Assembly: GCA_051747965.1 (NCBI GenBank)
Contig: JBNJGS010000006.1
Location: forward strand, 178-64,177
DNA from: Bacteroidota bacterium
Lineage (GTDB): Bacteria > Bacteroidota > Bacteroidia > Bacteroidales > ML635J-15
Direction: 5' to 3'
Length of the DNA: 64,000 nt
Position numbers and translations under genes: made by a program. Position 1 is the stretch's first letter. Every line of letters begins with the position of its first letter. Under the pieces are notes generated by a model. That model was not told the DNA's origin. It saw nothing but the letters and a program-made list of their open reading frames with translations, and did not search any database. Positions 1 to 8,800 of the stretch are shown here, one piece after another.

Positions 1-45
1 TCATTTTTCCGTTAGTTTGATGTGTAACCAAAACAAGATGAAATT

Positions 46-669
46 ATGAAGTTAAACAGGCTGACAATTACAGGAATTTTCATTGGCATGCTGGTTGGTA
101 TTTCCGGCTGCAGTGAATCTGAAGTAAAAACAGAAATAGAAGAAACTTTAAAATCTGAAGATATGAAAAAAGTAGCAGTAATTACCGGTGAAGGTTTTCA
201 GGATGCTGAAGCCTATATGCCCATAGGATATTTAACCAATCGTGGTGTTGATATTACCGTAATTGGGGTAGAAAAGAAGGAAGTAAAATCATACAACAGT
301 GATTTCACCATCATGATAGAGAAGACACCAGATGAAGTTTCAACAGAAACTTTTGATGCCCTCCTGCTTCCCGGCGGTAAAGCTCCGGCCAAACTACGTG
401 AGCATGAAGCCATCGTGGAATTTGTGAAGGATTTTTATGAAAGCGGAAAACCTGTTGCTGCCATTTGCCATGCACCGCAAATACTAATACGTGCCGGTGT
501 TATGGAAGGCAAAACGGCAACTTCCTACAAGTCCGTAAAAGAAGAAATGCTTGAAGCAGGTGTGGATTTTGTTGATGATGCACCTGTTACCGATGGCAAC
601 CTGATAACTGCCCGTAACCCCGATGATCTGGCAGCATTTTCGGAAGCATTGTGGGAAGCTCTGCAATAA
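46..669 (+). CDS. DJ-1/PfpI family protein (type 1 glutamine amidotransferase-like), predicted lipoprotein
   Basis: 207-aa ORF. Signal peptide ends in a lipobox-like ISGC. Nucleophile-elbow motif AAICHAPQIL is typical of PfpI/DJ-1. Confidence 0.85.
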   Translation: MKLNRLTITGIFIGMLVGISGCSESEVKTEIEETLKSEDMKKVAVITGEGFQDAEAYMPIGYLTNRGVDITVIGVEKKEVKSYNSDFTIMIEKTPDEVSTETFDALLLPGGKAPAKLREHEAIVEFVKDFYESGKPVAAICHAPQILIRAGVMEGKTATSYKSVKEEMLEAGVDFVDDAPVTDGNLITARNPDDLAAFSEALWEALQ

Positions 670-771
670 ATAAAACCAAGCATATTCATGTTGATTACAG
701 GCCGCAGTAACATGTGGTCTGTCAATTACAATACAATTCCGGGAAACAGGTATTGTGGGCTGGCAGACTTT

Positions 772-1200
772 CTACTTGTCAGTCATCAGAATTTGTTCGA
801 TGGCAAGATGGTAGGACAGAATACCAAAGCCCATGATACTGCCCCGGCAAACGCCGGTCAAGAGGGAAGTGTGTCTGAATGACTCCCTTGCAGCAATATT
901 GCTCATATGAACTTCAGTTACCGGCACGGAAACGGCAGCTACAGCATCCCGCATTGCCACCGAAGTGTGGGTGTATCCTCCTGCATTCAGAACAACGGCA
1001 TCTGCATAGCTTCCGGCTTGATGCAGGGCATCGATCAGCTCCCCTTCAATACTGGACTGAAAGTAGCTGATTTCCGCCTGAGCATACTTTTCTCTCATGT
1101 CCTGCAAGGCAGCATCAAATTCCACATTTCCGTAAATATTCCTTTCTCTCAGCCCTGTCAGGTTCAGATTGGGGCCGTTGATGATTTGTATTTTTTTCAT
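772..1200 (-). CDS. aroQ: type II 3-dehydroquinate dehydratase
   Basis: 142 aa. N-terminus MKKIQIINGPNLNLTGLRERNIYG and the HMSNI motif are characteristic of type II dehydroquinase. Confidence 0.95.
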   Translation of the reverse strand: MKKIQIINGPNLNLTGLRERNIYGNVEFDAALQDMREKYAQAEISYFQSSIEGELIDALHQAGSYADAVVLNAGGYTHTSVAMRDAVAAVSVPVTEVHMSNIAARESFRHTSLLTGVCRGSIMGFGILSYHLAIEQILMTDK

Positions 1201-1237
1201 GATTGTTAAAGATAATAATTATTGTAAATTTACAACA

Positions 1238-2164
1238 ATGAACTGGAAAGAAAGCACGGAAGATTTCGCTTCTTACTTAAAGCTGGAAAAGTCGCTGGCT
1301 TCTTCAAGCATAGATGCCTACCTCCGTGATCTGGGAAAGCTCGAGGAATTCATCCGCAATATCAAAAAACAAAAGAAAGAACCAGACAACATCAGGTACA
1401 AGGATATACAGGATTTCATCCACTGGCTCAATGAAACGGGTCTGGGGGCCAGATCTCAGGCAAGGATTGTAAGTGGAATCAAAAGTTTTTACAAATTCAT
1501 GCTTCTCGAAGATCATATCAGCGAAAATCCGGCCTCTTTGATTGAGGCACCGAAACTTTCGCAAAAATTACCACTTGTACTTTCTGTTGAAGATATTGAC
1601 AAGTTGCTGGCAAGCATAGATTTATCAACAAAACTGGGGCACAGAAACAAAGCCATTATTGAAATCATGTATGGTTGTGGCCTCAGGGTGTCAGAGCTCT
1701 GTTCACTCAGACTTTCCAGGGTGTTTTTCGATGAAGGATTCATCCGGGTAAGTGGTAAAGGTGACAAAGAACGACTGGTGCCTGTCAATCCGCAAGCGTT
1801 AACCGCCATGAAGCATTATCTGCAGGGACACCGGCGGGAGCTGGAAATGCAGGGAAAGATCAAAAAACCGGCAGAAGACATGGTATTTCTGACTTCCAAT
1901 GGCGGGGTGATCAGCAGAATCATGATTTTCAACATCATTAAAAAAGCTGCTGCGGATTCCGGTTTAACAAAGCAGATCAGTCCGCACAGTTTGCGGCATT
2001 CCTTTGCCACGCATCTGATTGAAGGCGGTGCTGATTTGCGTGCTGTTCAGGAAATGCTTGGGCACGCCTCCATCACAACAACGGAAATATATACCCATCT
2101 GGACAGGCTGTATCTCAGAGAAAATATCATATCTTACCATCCCAGAAACAACATCCAAAGATGA
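1238..2164 (+). CDS. xerD: site-specific tyrosine recombinase XerD
   Basis: Start trimmed from the ORF-track 1169 to ATG 1238 (MNWKESTEDFASYLKLEKS, Xer-type core-binding domain). Catalytic signature GLRVSEL ... HSLRHSFATHL ... LGHASITTTEIYTHL (R-H-R-Y). Confidence 0.9.
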   Translation: MNWKESTEDFASYLKLEKSLASSSIDAYLRDLGKLEEFIRNIKKQKKEPDNIRYKDIQDFIHWLNETGLGARSQARIVSGIKSFYKFMLLEDHISENPASLIEAPKLSQKLPLVLSVEDIDKLLASIDLSTKLGHRNKAIIEIMYGCGLRVSELCSLRLSRVFFDEGFIRVSGKGDKERLVPVNPQALTAMKHYLQGHRRELEMQGKIKKPAEDMVFLTSNGGVISRIMIFNIIKKAAADSGLTKQISPHSLRHSFATHLIEGGADLRAVQEMLGHASITTTEIYTHLDRLYLRENIISYHPRNNIQR

Positions 2165-3498
2165 TAAGCGTAGTTTTCCTCAGCATATTTATTTTACTGA
2201 CTGTGGCTGCAGCCCTGGCGGGAGTTCTTTCCCTTGCAGAAAAGGAATTACGTGCGGCAGGCATTTTTTTTGCATTGATGCTCATATTGTTTCTGCCTCC
2301 GATTCTTTCCTTTGCCGGATTGATTACGAGTTTCACAGAAATATTGCTACTTGTTGTTATCACAGGTACAATACTTCTGCTTTTCTTTCCCTTTCCCGGG
2401 ACAAAACGTATCACAGCCGGCACACCCAAAAGCCGGATTGATGAAAGACAGACAATGTTTTCACGGGCAGAACTGGAACCGGGGTCTGAATCATACAGAA
2501 CATTTTACAGAGATCATCCCGGTCTTGAAGAAACCGACGGCCAATGGAGAAAAAATCCGGGTCTGGGGAGCACCAACAGTCGCCACTACCGTCCCCTGGC
2601 ATTTGCGTCTGCCGAAGCTTCTTTTCAGATCATTGCAAACAACCGGCAATTCCGGCACTTTAGCGCTGAGACGCATGCAGGCAAGCAGGATTCTGAAGCC
2701 ACAGGCATCTACATCCGCCACTGGTTGGCTTTGCTGGGGGCATTTGATTCCGGCGTGTGCAAAACCATGGACTATCACTGGTATTCTCAAAAAGGCCGTG
2801 GTCCGGACTATGGCAAAGATGCCTCTCTGGATCATAGCCATGCCATTGCCTTTCTGCTGCCCATGGACAAAAAGATGGTAGACACCGCTCCCCATGCACC
2901 CACGATGACTGAATCGGCAAGACAATATGCCGGTTCGGGAACAATTGCACTTCAGCTTGCTGCTTTTATTTCCCGTCTGGGATACGAAGCCACTGCACAT
3001 ATTGACGGGGCGTACAATATGGTATTGCCACTGGTTGCAGCAGATGCCGGTCTGGGAACAATCGGACGGATGGGCATTCTGATGCACCCGCAACTGGGTC
3101 CGCGCTGCAGAATAGCAGTAGTGAGCACAAACATGCCATTGCCTGTGAGCAGAAAACAAACAGACAAGAGTATGCTGGATTTTTGCAGGCTATGTAAAAA
3201 ATGTGCACTGGTATGCCCCTCGGCGGCCATTCCTGTTTCAGAAAGAAAAGAGATCAGGGGCAGCCTGAGATGGCAGATCAATCAGGAATCATGTTACAGC
3301 TACTGGACAAAAGCCGGAACGGATTGTGCCCGTTGTATGGCCGTCTGTCCGTACAGTCATGATAACAATCTTCTGCACCGGTTTATCCGGTTTGGAATCA
3401 GGAACAATCAGATTTTCCGGAAATTTGCTGTCACAATGGATGATGTGTTTTATGGGAAAAAACCTGAGAGAAAAGCTTTCAGGGAATTTGAAAAATGA
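2161..3498 (+). CDS. membrane-anchored reductive dehalogenase / epoxyqueuosine reductase-like 4Fe-4S protein
   Basis: 445 aa. About 85 aa of N-terminal hydrophobic helices. C-terminal CRLCKKCALVCP (CxxCxxCxxxCP) plus CARCMAVCP (CxxCxxxCP), the two-cluster pattern of the RdhA/QueG superfamily. ATGA overlap with the xerD stop. Confidence 0.6.
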   Translation: MISVVFLSIFILLTVAAALAGVLSLAEKELRAAGIFFALMLILFLPPILSFAGLITSFTEILLLVVITGTILLLFFPFPGTKRITAGTPKSRIDERQTMFSRAELEPGSESYRTFYRDHPGLEETDGQWRKNPGLGSTNSRHYRPLAFASAEASFQIIANNRQFRHFSAETHAGKQDSEATGIYIRHWLALLGAFDSGVCKTMDYHWYSQKGRGPDYGKDASLDHSHAIAFLLPMDKKMVDTAPHAPTMTESARQYAGSGTIALQLAAFISRLGYEATAHIDGAYNMVLPLVAADAGLGTIGRMGILMHPQLGPRCRIAVVSTNMPLPVSRKQTDKSMLDFCRLCKKCALVCPSAAIPVSERKEIRGSLRWQINQESCYSYWTKAGTDCARCMAVCPYSHDNNLLHRFIRFGIRNNQIFRKFAVTMDDVFYGKKPERKAFREFEK

Positions 3499-3565
3499 GA
3501 CAGACAGTTAATAAAATTCTGCCCCGGATTTGGGTCTGCAAATATGTACTTTTTCCCCGGGGAAA

Positions 3566-5707
3566 TTATCTGATCAGGCTTACTCTGCCTTCATCTCTAT
3601 GCTCTACTCCGGCATAATCCGTATACCTGACATACCAGTAATAAACACCTGCTTTGCACAATTTGTCACCTTTGACAAGCGAGCCGTTGTAGGTACCATC
3701 CCAGGCGCCTTCGCCACACTCATCACAGCCACCGTCATCCACCCATTTTTCGCTTTGATATACAATGGATCCGTATCTGTCATACACGTAAAACTCAAAC
3801 TCCATGGGGTCAACGCCGTGCCCGCAAAGCCGGAAACAATCATTCACACCATCATTATTGGGAGTAAATGCATCGGGTGCATAAAAAGTATGTTTATCAC
3901 GGATAGTAATTTTCTTTTGGGTTGTATCGGCACAGCCATAAATATTTTCAGCAATCATTCTCACCACATATTCACCGGGATTATCAAATCTGTGCACGGG
4001 ATTTTCTCTGCTCTGCAAAGTAGAATCACCATCTCCGAAAAACCAATACACACTGTCTGCACCATTGGAGACATTGAAGAACTGAATCGTTGGGTTCAAC
4101 ACGGTGGCACTGCTGCTACCGGGATAAAACTCTGCTTCAGGTTTTGGTCTGATGGTGATCATGTCTTCTCTTGTCAGTTTCTTTTCACAACCAAAAGGTG
4201 ATGTGGCCGTCATGCTTACATCGTAGGTACCGGAAACGTTATATGTATGCGATGGTGATTTGTCAAATGAAAATTCATCATCACCAAAATCCCAGTGGTA
4301 GGATTGTCCGATATCGGGAGAAAATTCATTAAATCTAAAAGTTCCCGGAGGGCATGATTCATGTTTATCTACAGTAAAAGCTGCAGGAGGTAAAGGCATT
4401 ACCGTCACATCAAATTCAGCCTCCACAGCCGGTGTGCTGCAGGCATCGTTTAATCTGAGCGTATATGTATCTGTGTGATCAGGATAAATGGTAAATTCAG
4501 ATGCTACGATCTGATTTGTATTCAGCAATCGCATTTCATACGGACCACCATTGCCGCCTTCCACTTCCACTTCTACCTGCAGCGGTTCACCGGGACATAT
4601 GCTGTCGGCGCTGGTTACTACAGATGTGATGTTCAGTTCCGGATACACATTGATGGTTGAGTTCACAATATTTGATGTACACCCATTGGCATCAGTGGCG
4701 AAGAAATAGTAGGATGTTGTCTCTATGGGTGCCCGGGTAATTTCATTTCCATATGACAATGTATCACCGGTTTCAGCACTTATCCAATAAAAGTTATATG
4801 GTGCCGTTCCGCCGGTAACTTCAGATGTCAGGGTGGCTTCGCCGCCGATACATATTTGCCGGTTGCCTGCTTGTGTAGCATACAAAGCAGGAGGCTGACC
4901 AATTGTGAACTGGTTGGTAACAGAACATCCATTGGCATCACTGACAGTCAGGGTATAGGTACCTCCGTAATACTGCAGGGTATCATCATTTACAGAAGGA
5001 TCAGGCCAGTGATAATTATACACGAAGCCTTCGGGAGTTGTATCAACCGGAATACCGCCGTTTACCTCGACCCGGGCCATTCCGTCCATGGAACCGTTGC
5101 ATTCAGCCGGTTCAGTAAAAACACTGGTGAGGATTGTATCCGGTTCAGTAATGGTGGCGGAAGTGTCCATTTCACATCCGTGGGCATCGGTGATGGTTAC
5201 CAGGTAATTATCGGGTTCAAGATTACTGATATCGGCTGTGGCCGCACCATTGCTCCATACGTAAGAATACGGTCCGGTAATGGTGTCAAAACCTGTGGTA
5301 ATTTCTCCGTCGGCAATACCGTTACATGTGACATGATTGACCTGCATAGTAAAAACATCCTCAAGCGCTGGGAGTTCCTGAATTGTAACCGACTCAACCA
5401 CCTGCTCACCGTCACCATCGGTTACCGTTACTGTATATGTTCCCGGAGGGGCATCATAAATATCAGGGCCGGTGTCCCCGCTATCCCACTGATAATCATA
5501 AGGGGGTGTACCTTCATCAATAAACACACGAATGGTTCCTGTTTCCCCGTGACACGCCCACTGTGTATATGCAATACTTATTTCAAGCAGGACCTCAGCA
5601 CTACCGGGTTTATCATTAAAATGCTCACTCTTGGCTTTGCTGAAGCCGGCAATGAGCATCATGGAGCATATCAGGAAAATTTTTATTTCAATCAATCGCA
5701 TAGTCAA
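3566..5707 (-). CDS. T9SS type B sorting domain protein with SprB repeats and PKD-like domains (cell-surface adhesin)
   Basis: 713 aa with a signal peptide. Repeated C..G.I......GG..PY.Y.W modules (SprB repeat), PKD-like WDFGDD/FGDGDS motifs, and a C-terminal FTPNNDGVNDCF...W (gliding-motility-type CTD). Confidence 0.85.
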   Translation of the reverse strand: MTMRLIEIKIFLICSMMLIAGFSKAKSEHFNDKPGSAEVLLEISIAYTQWACHGETGTIRVFIDEGTPPYDYQWDSGDTGPDIYDAPPGTYTVTVTDGDGEQVVESVTIQELPALEDVFTMQVNHVTCNGIADGEITTGFDTITGPYSYVWSNGAATADISNLEPDNYLVTITDAHGCEMDTSATITEPDTILTSVFTEPAECNGSMDGMARVEVNGGIPVDTTPEGFVYNYHWPDPSVNDDTLQYYGGTYTLTVSDANGCSVTNQFTIGQPPALYATQAGNRQICIGGEATLTSEVTGGTAPYNFYWISAETGDTLSYGNEITRAPIETTSYYFFATDANGCTSNIVNSTINVYPELNITSVVTSADSICPGEPLQVEVEVEGGNGGPYEMRLLNTNQIVASEFTIYPDHTDTYTLRLNDACSTPAVEAEFDVTVMPLPPAAFTVDKHESCPPGTFRFNEFSPDIGQSYHWDFGDDEFSFDKSPSHTYNVSGTYDVSMTATSPFGCEKKLTREDMITIRPKPEAEFYPGSSSATVLNPTIQFFNVSNGADSVYWFFGDGDSTLQSRENPVHRFDNPGEYVVRMIAENIYGCADTTQKKITIRDKHTFYAPDAFTPNNDGVNDCFRLCGHGVDPMEFEFYVYDRYGSIVYQSEKWVDDGGCDECGEGAWDGTYNGSLVKGDKLCKAGVYYWYVRYTDYAGVEHRDEGRVSLIR

Positions 5708-5814
5708 TCTTCAGGTTCAACACAATTCTTCATCAATTCTGACAACAAATATCTGCATTTCCCTGTAAATTCAAAGCATATTTTTAAAAATATATGACAT
5801 TGAAGATGCGATGT

Positions 5815-8800
5815 CTATCTTATCAGTCTGACAAAGCCGGAGTATTCATGGTAGTTTCCATAAACATCCTTGAATTTACAGTACCATGCAAACAAACCCC
5901 CGTGCAGACGTTCATCTCCCTTCATATTGTTGCCGTGGAATGTTCCATCCCAGGAACCTTCTTTACATGTATTGCAGCCGTTATCAGAATCATACTCTTC
6001 TGTTTCAAACACGGTTTCGCCCCAGCGATCCTGCACTACCAGGTAAAAGTCATTGGGATCAATGCCATTTCCACAGACAGCAAAACAGTCATTTTCGCCA
6101 TCGCCGTTTGGTGTAAATACTTCGGGAGCATAGAAAGTGAACTCATCATTTATTCTCACAATTTTGTTGACCGTATCAGAACAACCATAGGTATTTTCCA
6201 CCACCAGTCTGGCATTGAACGAGCCAAAACCATCATAGATATGTACAGGTTTGTTGACATTCCACACGGATGAGTCTCCATCACCAAAGTACCAGAAAAG
6301 GGAATCTGCATTTTCGGTCACGGCGAAAAACTGGACAGAAGGATTCAGCACACTAACCTGTTCGGGTTTGGTGTAAAAGTCTGCTTCAGGTTTTGGAAAG
6401 ACTTCAATCATGTCATTGATGGTTTTCTTTGTTTTGCATCCGTGTGCATCTTTTACTGTCAGGCTGACATTATAAAAACCTTCCTGTTCATATTCATGTG
6501 CAGGATTTTTCACAAAACCGAAACCTTCATCGCCGAAATTCCATTGGTACGAATATCCGTTATCGGGATTCAGTTCGTTAAACTGCACTTCCAGCGGAGG
6601 ACAACCTTCCACGATATCGGAGGTAAAGTTGTTTGGCGGAAGTTCCCACACCGGGATAAACAGTGAGTCCTGCACTGCCGGTGTACCACAACCATCGGTC
6701 AATGTAAGATACCACCACTGAGATTCTTCCGGATGAAGGGTAAATTCTGAGGGCACAATGTCTCCGTTTTGGAGTGTCAGTGTGTAGGGTCCTCCATTTC
6801 CGCCTTCAGCATCCACATACACAGTAATTGGATCATTCTGGCAGACGGTATCCTGATTGGCCTCTACATTATTGATAGTCAGTGGCGGATTGACATTGAC
6901 TGTCATCTCTGCCTGACCTGTACAACCGTTATCATCTGTGACCGTGAGGAAATAATCTGTCGTTTCAACCGGACTTACAGTAAACACATGGTCAAAACCG
7001 GTGGTTGAGTCTTCTCCCATCCAGGTATAGTCGTAGGGATCAGTGCCACCCATAGCTTCGGCGGTAAGCGTTGTTTCACCACCGATGCAGATGGTTCTGT
7101 CATTGCCGGGATATACACTGACTGCTTCGGGGGCATCAATTTCAACCTCTGTTTCCTGACGACAATTGTGTGCATCAGAAATGGTAAGGGTATATGTGCC
7201 GCCCTCTGCTGTAATGTTATCTTCCTGACTGCCGTTTGACCAGATATAGTCGTAAGGTGTTACACCACCGGTTACTTCTACCCAGGCAGATCCATCGGCC
7301 AGTCCTGCACAGGTAGCCGCTTCAGAAAAGATATTATAACGAATGGAATCAGGTTCATCAATAAAGAATACTGTATCTGCAGTACATCCAATTTCATCCA
7401 CAACAGTAACACTGTACAAACCTGAACAGATATCTTCGTAGATACGGGTATCAGATGGCCAGCTAAAATCAAATGGTTCAATACCACCGTTGATTGTCAG
7501 GACGGCTTTGCCATCACAGGAGTTGTAGCATGTATTGTCTGTGAGGTCAAGGTCCAGGCTCATTGCCGGACTTACGGTAATATCCATATCCTCAACCGGA
7601 GAAACGCAGCCATGAGCATCTTCAACATAGACACTGTAGTTGGTACTTTCATCCGGAGAAACCATTTGGGAAGCAGGACCTTGTGAAAAGCCACTTCCAT
7701 CGCTCCAGAAAAAGGTATAAGGTTCTGTTCCGCCTATGGGTGTAGCCTGTAGGTTAACAGACTGTCCTTCACATATTTCAACATCCTGATTCAAAGACAC
7801 CAACAACTGGCCTGGTTCTGTAATTGTAAATGTTTCACTTACTGTACAGCCATTGGCATCCGTAATGGTAACAGTGTATTCACCTGCATTGATGCTGTTG
7901 AGCTGATAAGTGCTTGCCGAGTTGGACCAGTTATACTCATAGGGCGGTGTACCACCGGATGGGTTGATTTCAGCCATACCCGTATAATTTCCATTACAAT
8001 CTACATTCTGATAAGTTGTATCATAAACCAATTCAGCAGGTTCATCAATGGTATATTGTTCGCCGGTCGTACATCCGTTGGCATCGGTCACGGTAATTCC
8101 GTAATCACCGGCACAGATATTTTCAATTTCATTGTCATCCGAATCCCAGCTGTAATCGTATGGCATTACTCCTCCTTCTACCTCAATCTGGGCACTTCCG
8201 TTGCATGATTGATAACAGGGATCATCTTCAGTGCTGAGATCATGTTCGAGTAATTCGGGCATTACAAAGGACATACTTGTATCCACGATATAGCCAAGTT
8301 CATCAATTTCAAGACTGATGGTGTAACTTCCGGATTCATCATAGAGCACCTGGAATGGCCCATTATCTGATCCGGCAATCACTGTACCTCCGTCAAAATC
8401 CCAGTCATAATCAGCCCAATCATAGGCATTTCCGGTATAGACCACTTCTACAGTATCTCCATAACATGGGACCGGCCCGATCTCAAAATCAGGTGTAGGT
8501 ACGTGAAAAAATTCTATAGCGATTGTATCTGAATCGAGACAATCCGGTGCCAGGCTGATTTCAGTCCATACAAATTCATACACTCCAAGGGAGTCGACTG
8601 TTACATTTGTGTTGCCTGCACTATCATCATCAAAACTGGCACTTCCGGGTCCTGAAATCACTTCCCAGTATCCGGTATTATCCCCTGCCGGGTCAGCATC
8701 CAGTTCTGCTGTATAGCCTGCAGCAGTGTAATCGTCTCCCAGATCAACATCCGGAGGAGGAATCACTTCAACAGTGGTCTCTACAACAAAAGTTGTGCAG

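Noticed and set aside
1169-1237. N-terminal extensions in the ORF track. Affected ORFs: xerD from 1169, macrodomain from 27602, mltF from 34416, ompA from 37918, the unknown protein from 45606, GT4 from 49685, thioredoxin-like paralog B from 17150.
   Set aside because: The extensions overlap neighbouring genes or precede obvious signal peptides or conserved N-termini. Internal ATGs give canonical N-termini and tidy 1-14-nt junctions.
1238-2164. Tyrosine recombinase as a possible marker of an integrated mobile element
   Set aside because: The sequence has XerD-type core-binding and catalytic motifs and sits back-to-back with aroQ among housekeeping genes. No flanking repeats, att-like sites or cargo genes are evident.
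4856-5797. 313-aa plus-strand ORF antisense to the 713-aa adhesin gene
   Set aside because: It lies entirely inside a well-supported minus-strand CDS that has recognisable SprB, PKD and CTD motifs. Its translation is low-complexity (I/G/R/C-rich) with no motif. This is the usual shadow ORF opposite a long gene.
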